Shown here in pieces: positions 15,147 to 22,742 of a stretch of 34,258 nt of DNA. The DNA is from Thermodesulfovibrionia bacterium. GTDB taxonomy: Bacteria; Nitrospirota; Thermodesulfovibrionia; JACRGW01. Both the position numbers and the translations under genes were made by a program. Location of the stretch: NCBI GenBank assembly GCA_919902655.1, contig CAKKRL010000057.1, positions 7,356 to 41,613 of the forward strand, in the 5' to 3' direction. The notes beneath the pieces were generated by a model. It had not been told where the DNA came from, ran no database searches, and saw only the letters and a program-made list of their open reading frames with translations. Position 1 is the stretch's first letter. Every line of letters begins with the position of its first letter.

Positions 15147-16216
15147 GACTCACAGTCCCCCATATGGGCCTTCTCGATATCGCATACACAAGGGTCTTAA
15201 GGAACCTCGGTGTAGATATGTTGCCGCCTCCAAGACCGAATACAAACACACTTAACCTCGGAGTTAAATACTCACCAGAATATGCCTGCATCCCTTTTAA
15301 GCTGAACCTGGGTAATATGATAGAGGCCCTCGATAAAGGTGCCGACAGTATCATCATGCCTGGAGGCTATGGGCCATGCCGGTTCGGCTATTACGGCGTA
15401 ATACAGGAACAGATACTTAAGAACCTGGGATATAAATTTTCCATGGGGAGGACTGATAACCCTGATAGCCTCAGGGATATGGTCATGACCATAAAAGAGA
15501 TCGGAGGCCTCTCAAATAAATGGAAGGCATATACGGTATTCTATCTAATCCTTATGAGGATGTCAGCCCTCGACAGGGCAATGAAGTTATATCATTACTA
15601 CAAGCCGAGAGAAAAGAGAAAGGGGGAAACTGACGAGGCGCTCAGAGACGCAATCAGCATTATCGATTTATCGCTTACATTTGGATCTCTCTTCTGGGCA
15701 GAATTAAAGGTGAGGGGAATATTCAAAAAGGTTTCTATCCGGAAAGATATAAAACCTTTAAAGATAGGAATACTCGGTGAGATCTTCATAGTGATAGAGC
15801 CCTTTGCAAATATGAACATCGAAAAGAAGCTCGGGGAGCTGGGAGTCGAGGTCGTGAGGGGTGTCTGGCTCGGTGACTGGCTTAATGACCGTTTCAGGTT
15901 CAAGCCCTTCAGGAGGAACCAGAACAAGCTCGCTACAAAATGGGCATATCCATATCTCAGATACCCTGCAGGCGGGGAGAGTATTGAGTCTGTGGGAAAG
16001 ACGATACTTTTTCACAGGAAGAGGATCGATGGCGTTATCCATCTGATGCCATTTACATGCATGCCCGAGCTTGTGGCATTTACAATTCTTGAGAGGATAA
16101 GGAAGGATTTGAATTATCCTGTTATATCCCTTGTCTTTGATGAGCAGATGTCAGAGACGAATTTGATTACAAGGCTCGAGGCCTTTGTGGATATGATAAA
16201 GCGGAAAAGAAAATGA
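15143..16216 (+). CDS. 2-hydroxyacyl-CoA dehydratase D-component-like subunit
   Basis: PEYACIPFKLNLGNMIEAL, GYGPCRFGYYG and MPFTCMPE motifs (three Cys, as in the HgdA/B-type Fe-S subunits). ATGA overlap with the previous gene. Confidence 0.75.
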   Translation: MRLTVPHMGLLDIAYTRVLRNLGVDMLPPPRPNTNTLNLGVKYSPEYACIPFKLNLGNMIEALDKGADSIIMPGGYGPCRFGYYGVIQEQILKNLGYKFSMGRTDNPDSLRDMVMTIKEIGGLSNKWKAYTVFYLILMRMSALDRAMKLYHYYKPREKRKGETDEALRDAISIIDLSLTFGSLFWAELKVRGIFKKVSIRKDIKPLKIGILGEIFIVIEPFANMNIEKKLGELGVEVVRGVWLGDWLNDRFRFKPFRRNQNKLATKWAYPYLRYPAGGESIESVGKTILFHRKRIDGVIHLMPFTCMPELVAFTILERIRKDLNYPVISLVFDEQMSETNLITRLEAFVDMIKRKRK

Positions 16217-17166
16217 AAGGCTATTTAGGCATTGATGTCGGTTCGGTAACGACAAAACTTGTCCTCCTCGATGAAAGGAAGGATGTCCGCTGGCAGCTTT
16301 ACACGAGGACGAAAGGCCAGCCCATAGTCGCCATCCAGGAGGCATTGAAATTACTCGAAAGGGACACAGGTAACGGGCTCACTGTCCTCGGTGTCGGGGC
16401 TACAGGAAGCGGAAGGAACCTGGCAGGGCACCTCCTCGGTGCAGATGTCATAAAGAATGAGATTATAGCCCATGCTGTAGCAGCGATAGACTGTATGCCT
16501 GAGGTGAGGACAATCCTCGAGATAGGAGGGCAGGATTCAAAGCTTATAATTATCAGGAACGGTGTTGTAGTTGATTTTGCGATGAACACAGTCTGTGCTG
16601 CAGGGACAGGTTCATTTCTTGACCATCAGGCCTCCCGCCTCGGCATCCCTATCGAGGAGTTCGGGGAATATGCCCTTTCATCATCATCGCCTGTCAGGTT
16701 GGCAGGAAGGTGCACGGTCTTCGCAGAGTCAGACATGATCCATAAACAGCAGTCAGGCCATAAGGTTGAGGACATAATCGCAGGCCTCTGCGAGGCACTC
16801 GTAAGGAACTACCTCAATAACCTCGGAAGGGGTAAGGAAATCCTTGAGCCTGTTGTCTTTCAGGGTGGGGTTGCGGCAAATAAGGGAATAAAGAAGGCCT
16901 TTGAGGAGGAGTTGAAGAAAGAAGTAGAGGTTGTGCAGAACCACTTGATTATGGGTGCCATCGGTGCTGCTATACTTTCAATGGAAAACAGGGGAGACAA
17001 TGGTTCAAACTTCAGGGGGTTTTCGATTGCAAGGGAGATACTCGCTACAAAGACCTTTACCTGTGAGGATTGCTCAAATAGCTGCACCGTTGTTTCTATA
17101 GCAGGAGAAGAAGGTGCTATAGCCTCCTGGGGTGGCACCTGCGGGAAATGGGAGGGCAATCCTTGA
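16213..17166 (+). CDS. BadF/BadG/BcrA/BcrD-type ATPase (HgdC-like activase)
   Basis: ASKHA phosphate-1 motif GIDVGSVTTKLVLLD. Cluster-ligand contexts CAAGTGSFLD and GRCTVFAESD. Cys-rich tail CEDCSNSC...TCGKW. ATGA overlap with the previous gene. Confidence 0.9.
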   Translation: MKGYLGIDVGSVTTKLVLLDERKDVRWQLYTRTKGQPIVAIQEALKLLERDTGNGLTVLGVGATGSGRNLAGHLLGADVIKNEIIAHAVAAIDCMPEVRTILEIGGQDSKLIIIRNGVVVDFAMNTVCAAGTGSFLDHQASRLGIPIEEFGEYALSSSSPVRLAGRCTVFAESDMIHKQQSGHKVEDIIAGLCEALVRNYLNNLGRGKEILEPVVFQGGVAANKGIKKAFEEELKKEVEVVQNHLIMGAIGAAILSMENRGDNGSNFRGFSIAREILATKTFTCEDCSNSCTVVSIAGEEGAIASWGGTCGKWEGNP

Positions 17167-17918
17167 AATTTCAAATTGTTGAATTCCTTAATCCCCCTCA
17201 ATCCTCCTTTAGTAAAGGGGGACTTAGGGGGATTATTAACAAAGGGGGGTTGTGGGGGGATTTTCACATTTTAAATTTTATTTTTTCATTATTAATTCTA
17301 TTGATTTTTTTACCTGTTAACTCTTTTGGGGAGATTGAAAAAGCCCTTAAGGACCTCGAGGAAAAGCAGAAGGCAATAGATACATGGGAGGCGGATTTTA
17401 TTCAGACAAAGGTAACATCTCTTATGTCGGATAAGATCGTATCTGAGGGACATGCAGTCTTCAAAAGACCTAACCTCATCCACTGGCGCTATACAAAAGG
17501 GAGTAACCTCCTGATGGTGTTTAACGGAAATGAGGCATGGCTCTATTATCCTAACCTCAAAGAGGCAGAGAGATACAAGAACATCGAGAGGATGATCAGG
17601 AAATTTCCTCTCGCCTATGGCCTTGAGATAGAAACCCTCAGGAAGTACTGGGATATATCTATCATTTCTGATTCCCCCAGCGGATTTATTTCCCTGGAAC
17701 TCCGTCCTAAAGAAAAGGAAAGCAGAAGGGTATTTGAGAAAATAACCTTATTAATAGAAAGGAAGATAGGGGTTCCCGGGAAGGTCCAGATCTTTGAGCC
17801 AGGAGGGGACCATACTATAATAGAGTTCAAAGAGATAAGGGTTAATGGAAAAATCCCATCAGATTTTTTTACCTTTAAACCACCTCCCGGAGTAAAGGTG
17901 ATTACACCCTTTGAATAG
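17148..17918 (+). CDS. LolA-like periplasmic lipid/lipoprotein carrier protein (start uncertain)
   Basis: Hydrophobic leader ILNFIFSLLILLIFLPVNSFG, then a LolA-type pattern FIQTKVTSLMSDKIVSEGHAVFKRPNLIHWRYTKGSNLLMVFNGNEAWLYYP. Candidate starts are ATG 17148, TTG 17163 and TTG 17250. The palindromic repeats lie between them. Confidence 0.65.
   Translation: MGGQSLKFQIVEFLNPPQSSFSKGGLRGIINKGGLWGDFHILNFIFSLLILLIFLPVNSFGEIEKALKDLEEKQKAIDTWEADFIQTKVTSLMSDKIVSEGHAVFKRPNLIHWRYTKGSNLLMVFNGNEAWLYYPNLKEAERYKNIERMIRKFPLAYGLEIETLRKYWDISIISDSPSGFISLELRPKEKESRRVFEKITLLIERKIGVPGKVQIFEPGGDHTIIEFKEIRVNGKIPSDFFTFKPPPGVKVITPFE
17189..17262. repeat. C-run/G-run palindromic element, copy 2, plus an adjacent half copy
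   Basis: TAATCCCCCTCAATCCTCCTTTAGTAAAGGGGGACTTAGGGGGATTA occupies 17189-17235. The right-arm-only copy AAAGGGGGGTTGTGGGGGGATT occupies 17241-17262. Confidence 0.8.
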
Positions 17919-17920
17919 AG

Positions 17921-19264
17921 ATGAAAGTCCTTCTCATATATCCCGGCAGTTCTGACATATACCGTAAGGTCGGTTTCATTCTCCCGCCACTCGGTCTCGC
18001 ATATATAGCCTCTGTACTTAGAGGGAATAACTATGATGTGGAGATCTTCGATATGAAGGTGTCCGGGAAGGAGCCTGAACTCTCAAGGTACGATGTTGTG
18101 GGGATCTCTGCAGATGCGATGCGTTACAAGGAAGGCCTCCGGATAGCAAAGTCCGCAAAAGGAGAAGGCCGCACTGTCATCATGGGAGGTCCACATCCCA
18201 CATTCCTCGACGAGGATGCCCTGAGGAACGGTGCAGATTTCGTTATAAGGGGAGAAGGTGAAGAGACAGCACTTGAACTACTTGAGGCGATAAAAGGAGG
18301 TCTATCGCCTTATGGAGTAAAAGGGATAAGTTTTCACAATAACGGAGGTGTCCATAGAACCCCTGCCAGAAAACCTGTAACCGATCTTGATTCATTGCCG
18401 CTCCCTTCGAGGGATATCCTTCCAATGCACTCTTACAGGACCCTCGAGATGGGGAAGAGAAAAGTGACATCAATGATTACGAGCAGGGGGTGCCCATACG
18501 GTTGCACCTTCTGTGCATCCTCTGAGTTCAGCGGCTATAGCTGGAGGGCGAGGAAACCTGAGAGTGTCGTCAATGAGATAGAACACATTGTGAATAATTA
18601 CGGTTTCAATGCAATAGCATTCCTCGACGATAACTTCACACTCAACCCAAGAAGGGTTATAGAGATATGCGATGAGATAATTAGGAGAGGGATAGACATT
18701 TACTGGTGGTGCTTTTCGAGGGCTGATATACTTTTAAGGAATGAAGGTATGGTAAAGAAGATGGCAGAGGCAGGGGCAAGGTATACCTTTATAGGGTTCG
18801 AGAGCGGAAGGCAGGAATTCCTCGAAGGTCATAAAAAAAGGACTAAGGCCTCAGACGCGAAGGAAACAATAAACCTGCTAAGAAGATACGGAATTGAAAC
18901 CCATGCAAGCTTCATAATAGGTGGTATTGATGAGACTGAGGAAATGGCAAGGGATACCATAAGATTTGCAAAGGAACTGAGGCCTGAGGCTGCACAGTTT
19001 TCTATCCTCACACCCTATCCGGGGACGAAACTGTTCGAAGATGTTAAAGATAGGATTACGACATACGACTGGGATCTGTATGACTGTCTCCATTCTGTCG
19101 TAACCCTTGACCATCTCAAAAAAGAAGAAGTAGAGAGACTCGTCAGGCAGGCATACATTTCCTTCTATGTAACTCCGTCGAGGATCTTCAGGGGACTCCT
19201 GAGCGGTATCAGGGGGAAAGGGATAAAGCTTAGTTCGATACTTAATATACTCAGAGGAATCTGA
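17921..19264 (+). CDS. B12-binding-domain radical SAM enzyme (class B)
   Basis: N-terminal cobalamin-domain pattern MKVLLIYPG...PPLGLAYIASVLRGNNYDVEIFD...GGPHPTF. Radical SAM motif SRGCPYGCTFC. Starts 2 nt after the LolA-like stop. Confidence 0.85.
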   Translation: MKVLLIYPGSSDIYRKVGFILPPLGLAYIASVLRGNNYDVEIFDMKVSGKEPELSRYDVVGISADAMRYKEGLRIAKSAKGEGRTVIMGGPHPTFLDEDALRNGADFVIRGEGEETALELLEAIKGGLSPYGVKGISFHNNGGVHRTPARKPVTDLDSLPLPSRDILPMHSYRTLEMGKRKVTSMITSRGCPYGCTFCASSEFSGYSWRARKPESVVNEIEHIVNNYGFNAIAFLDDNFTLNPRRVIEICDEIIRRGIDIYWWCFSRADILLRNEGMVKKMAEAGARYTFIGFESGRQEFLEGHKKRTKASDAKETINLLRRYGIETHASFIIGGIDETEEMARDTIRFAKELRPEAAQFSILTPYPGTKLFEDVKDRITTYDWDLYDCLHSVVTLDHLKKEEVERLVRQAYISFYVTPSRIFRGLLSGIRGKGIKLSSILNILRGI

Positions 19265-19552
19265 TGGGAAATTGCCGAACAGAGATTTAAGTAGAAGTGG
19301 CGATAAGACTGATTGAAGAAGCAAAAAGAGGAAAAAAGTAATTGCAGGATTTTTAAAAGGGAGCGACACTTTAAATATTTATCATAATCCTTTGCTGGAA
19401 ATGTTAATCGGAATGTGAAGATTGAGAAGGCGGAGATATGGATAACAAGCGAGAAATGGAGTGAAGGGGGAGAGGTGGGATAAACTGTCAATTTAGTCCT
19501 TTATAAAGAGCTGATTATTTGGTAAAATTATGCAAAAATCAGGAGTTGATAA

Positions 19553-19819
19553 ATGAAAACCGCATATGACAAGAAACACATAGCATGGTTTACAAATATT
19601 GAAGAATTAGACCTTGATAAAAAAGAAAACAGAAAATGGTGGATTAAACAGGTTCTTCTAAAGGGCCGCATGGAAGATATTAAAGACCTCGACTTCAATG
19701 AAGTTGAAAGGTTACTACCAGAATTCTATTTGCCTAAACCTATAAAGAAATTATGGGAGAACTACTTTGAGTGGAAAAGAAAAGGGACCATTGACGGAAC
19801 TCCAGCAAGAGATCATTAA
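19553..19819 (+). CDS. Small partner protein of the AbiEii-like toxin (putative antitoxin)
   Basis: 88 aa. AGGAG Shine-Dalgarno at 19541-19545. Extended -10-like TGgTAAAAT at 19520-19528. The 3' end overlaps the nucleotidyltransferase ORF. The function is inferred only from position. Confidence 0.5.
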   Translation: MKTAYDKKHIAWFTNIEELDLDKKENRKWWIKQVLLKGRMEDIKDLDFNEVERLLPEFYLPKPIKKLWENYFEWKRKGTIDGTPARDH

Positions 19820-20453
19820 CACCCTTAAAGGAATAGAAGAATCAAAGGAATTATATTTTACAGGAGGTTCTGCCCTTTCTGCTTATTACCTTCATCACAG
19901 ACTTTCTGAAGACCTCGATTTTTTTACCCCTGTGGAAGACATGATTCAGCTTATTTCGAGAAAACTATTACAATCTCTTGAGAAAAAAGGCATGAAAGTT
20001 GAGATGGTCAGAAACTTTAAAAGCTTTGTGGAGATGATAACAAGCAGGGGCAATGAATCAATGAAAATTCAGATTGCCCTCGACAGTCCGTACAGGCTTG
20101 AAAGGACCAAAGAGATAGATGGTTTGATAGTTGATAGCCTTATGGATATAGCAGCAGGCAAACTTCTTGCCCTTTTCGGCAGGGCAGCGGAAAGAGATTT
20201 TGTAGATATTTATTTTTTGATAAAAGAAGGCAAGTTTAATCTTGACGAATTGATCAATAAGGCATCGAAAAAAGACCCGGGAATGGATAAATATTATCTT
20301 GCGATAGCCTTTGAACAGGTCAGGGATCTGCCGGATACATCTGAAGAATTAAAGCTCAGGCTCTTGAAGCCTCTGGATGTAAAAGAACTGAAGAGGCTTT
20401 TCATAGAAAAGGCAGTGCAATTGATTGATGAAGCAAGAAAAGGCAAGAAATAG
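19767..20453 (+). CDS. AbiEii/AbiGii-family nucleotidyltransferase toxin (DUF1814-type)
   Basis: GGSALSAYYLHHRLSEDLDFF is the family's catalytic N-terminal motif (GGxAL...R.S.DLDF). Also RDFVDIYFL further on. TTG start at 19767, or alternatively TTG at 19791. Confidence 0.8.
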   Translation: MSGKEKGPLTELQQEIINTLKGIEESKELYFTGGSALSAYYLHHRLSEDLDFFTPVEDMIQLISRKLLQSLEKKGMKVEMVRNFKSFVEMITSRGNESMKIQIALDSPYRLERTKEIDGLIVDSLMDIAAGKLLALFGRAAERDFVDIYFLIKEGKFNLDELINKASKKDPGMDKYYLAIAFEQVRDLPDTSEELKLRLLKPLDVKELKRLFIEKAVQLIDEARKGKK

Positions 20454-20485
20454 TTTTTAAACTGAAAATCAGGGCGCTGAAAATA

Positions 20486-20525
20486 AACTCATTAACTCTG
20501 GAACTCTTTAACTCTTGAACTTATA
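20486..20525. repeat. Octamer tandem array AACTCTKK (5 units), intergenic
   Basis: aactcatt aactctgg aactcttt aactcttg aacttata. Lies between two convergent genes. Confidence 0.8.
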
Positions 20526-20624
20526 CGGTTGGGGTGAAGGGGAAGAAACCCTACTCAAAAGCGTCTCAGAGATACTTCTCTACGAGTCATAGACCAATAA
20601 AACAAGGATTGAAACTGGATATGA

Positions 20625-21275
20625 CTACTTTGCGACCGCTTCTATCTCGAGGTTAATCGCATTTGTCCTTATCTTCCATTCTGCGAAATCTGATTTATGA
20701 AGTATGGACTCCGCTTCCTCAGTGGTGTAAGATGCCATAAGAGAGGACACAAATAGATTCCTCATATAATTGTCCCTTATCAAGGGGGCGAATATAAGAT
20801 TTTCTTCTCTCCGTCTGAGGTCGTAGATAAGGGCGGTTCCGTCTTTCTTCAAAACCCTCTTCACCTCATTGAATACCGGGGCCGCATCCTTCCAGTGGTG
20901 GAGGGAGACGTAGCTTACTACTGCCTCAAAACTATTCTTTTTGAAAGGAATACTTGAGGCATCAGACCTTATGAATTTTACCCTTGACCCTAATCCCTCA
21001 TCTATGATTGCCTTCTTTGCGATATTCAGCATATCCATCGATATATCAACACCGAAGACCTCAATATCCCTGAATCCCCTTGCGATCTCGATGCAGAGAA
21101 GCCCTGTTCCTGAACCGATGTCCAATACCCTGCCTGAAGAAATACCTGAGGACGAGAGCGACTTAATGATCCTCTTATGCCCTAATGGGTAGAGATATTT
21201 TTTCGCCTGGAGGTTATAGACCTCAAGCTCCTCATGATTCCCCATTACCTCCGGTTCTTCGATTCTTCCTCTCAC
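20625..21275 (-). CDS. Class I SAM-dependent methyltransferase
   Basis: Motif I VLDIGSGTGLLCIEIA, then the acidic motif VFGVDIS. GTG start 3 nt after the desaturase stop. Confidence 0.85.
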   Translation of the reverse strand: MRGRIEEPEVMGNHEELEVYNLQAKKYLYPLGHKRIIKSLSSSGISSGRVLDIGSGTGLLCIEIARGFRDIEVFGVDISMDMLNIAKKAIIDEGLGSRVKFIRSDASSIPFKKNSFEAVVSYVSLHHWKDAAPVFNEVKRVLKKDGTALIYDLRRREENLIFAPLIRDNYMRNLFVSSLMASYTTEEAESILHKSDFAEWKIRTNAINLEIEAVAK

Positions 21276-21278
21276 AAT

Positions 21279-22742
21279 TTAAATTGATATTCCTTCTTTC
21301 CTGCAAATCTCAACAGCAGACTTAAAACCGGAATACGCTGATGTTAATACGCCTCCACCCATTCCACCCCAATGTCCTGCTATAAAAAGATTATGCATGT
21401 TATGCCTGAAAGGTTTTATATAACCGGGCACCTGTTTCCAGCCATATGCGGCACCCTCATAATTAAAGGTATATTTTTTTAAAGTCAGCGGAGTAGCTGC
21501 TTCAATATGCACAATGTTTTTTCTGATATCCGGGATAAGATTTTCTGCCTTTTGCAACAATCTATCAATAAGCTCTGATTTATGTTTATTCCATTGCTCA
21601 ACAAACCCGAAGTTGACCATTTCATGAAGTATCAGCGAATGGTGTCCGTCAGGGGAAAGGGTTTTATCTTCAATTGTAGGGACGGTGATGCCGAGAGATG
21701 ATTTATTCCCGAAAGCAGATTTGGGATTGAATAAATGTTCCATATCGTAGGATGGGAAATAACCAATACTCGAACATCCCGGCAGATTAGATAGCCTCCC
21801 TCTGATCCCGACGTACACCATAAAGAAAGATGATGATATGCCAGGGCATCTCAGCCTTTCTTCTGCTGAGGAAACATATTTACCTCCTATTAGTTCTCTG
21901 AATGTATGCATGAAATCAGCATTGGAAATAATGAACCTTCCTGTATATATCTCTTTGTCTGCGGTCTGAACACCATAACAGAGGTCCCCTTCTAAAAGTA
22001 TCTTTTCTACCTGCTTGTTGAAGATTACTTTCCCGCCCTTGTTTATTATACCATCAACAAATGTATCAGAAAGTTTCTGGTACCCTCCGACAGGGCGATA
22101 TGCCCCCATTCTGAAATAGGACATTACCAGTGATATCATCGATAATACTGAAGTCTTTGAGGGTGGCAACCCTATAAAGGGACATCTGTCTGAGAGGATG
22201 GAAATCAATCTTCTATCTGTGATAAAATCTTCAATAAAACCACTGTAAGAATCGTTCACAAACTTATAAAGAATATTATATTCAGGAAAAGGCCCTAATC
22301 TGCCACCGATAAGTGATTTGTTTATTTTCTCTATCAAAGAATATATTTCGTCTATTTTCCTGAATAGATTTTCTATGCCATCTTTCTCAAAAGGGAAAAG
22401 GCTTTTAAGATTATTAATATATACATTAATATCACTGTCCACATTTATTTCGACATCAGGGAATATGCTTGCACGTATAGGATCAACCCTTACAAAATCT
22501 ATAAATCTTTCTGCACCGAGCCTTTCAAGAACAAGACTTATTATTCTTTCCGGACCAACCCCTGCTATGCAATCTACTACCGAGTTAAAAATAAATCCTT
22601 TTCTTATAAACGAGCTCAAATAACCTCCTGGCTTGCCCTGTTTTTCTATTACAAGAACTTTAAACCCCTTTGAAGACAAAAGGCTTGCACTAATCAGTCC
22701 ACCAATCCCACTTCCAATAACAATAATGTCAAAATCTTTCAC
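21279..22742 (-). CDS. CrtI/phytoene-desaturase-family FAD-dependent oxidoreductase
   Basis: N-terminal Rossmann motif DIIVIGSGIGGLISASLLSSKGFKVLVIEKQGKPGG. 487 aa. C-terminal FIAGHWGGMGGGV is typical of the family. Confidence 0.85.
   Translation of the reverse strand: MKDFDIIVIGSGIGGLISASLLSSKGFKVLVIEKQGKPGGYLSSFIRKGFIFNSVVDCIAGVGPERIISLVLERLGAERFIDFVRVDPIRASIFPDVEINVDSDINVYINNLKSLFPFEKDGIENLFRKIDEIYSLIEKINKSLIGGRLGPFPEYNILYKFVNDSYSGFIEDFITDRRLISILSDRCPFIGLPPSKTSVLSMISLVMSYFRMGAYRPVGGYQKLSDTFVDGIINKGGKVIFNKQVEKILLEGDLCYGVQTADKEIYTGRFIISNADFMHTFRELIGGKYVSSAEERLRCPGISSSFFMVYVGIRGRLSNLPGCSSIGYFPSYDMEHLFNPKSAFGNKSSLGITVPTIEDKTLSPDGHHSLILHEMVNFGFVEQWNKHKSELIDRLLQKAENLIPDIRKNIVHIEAATPLTLKKYTFNYEGAAYGWKQVPGYIKPFRHNMHNLFIAGHWGGMGGGVLTSAYSGFKSAVEICRKEGISI

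Noticed and set aside
20585-20615. CRISPR-repeat-like 3' end (…AACAAGGATTGAAAC)
   Set aside because: ATTGAAAC resembles the conserved end of many type I/III repeats. It occurs only once, with no repeat-spacer periodicity and no cas genes in the window.
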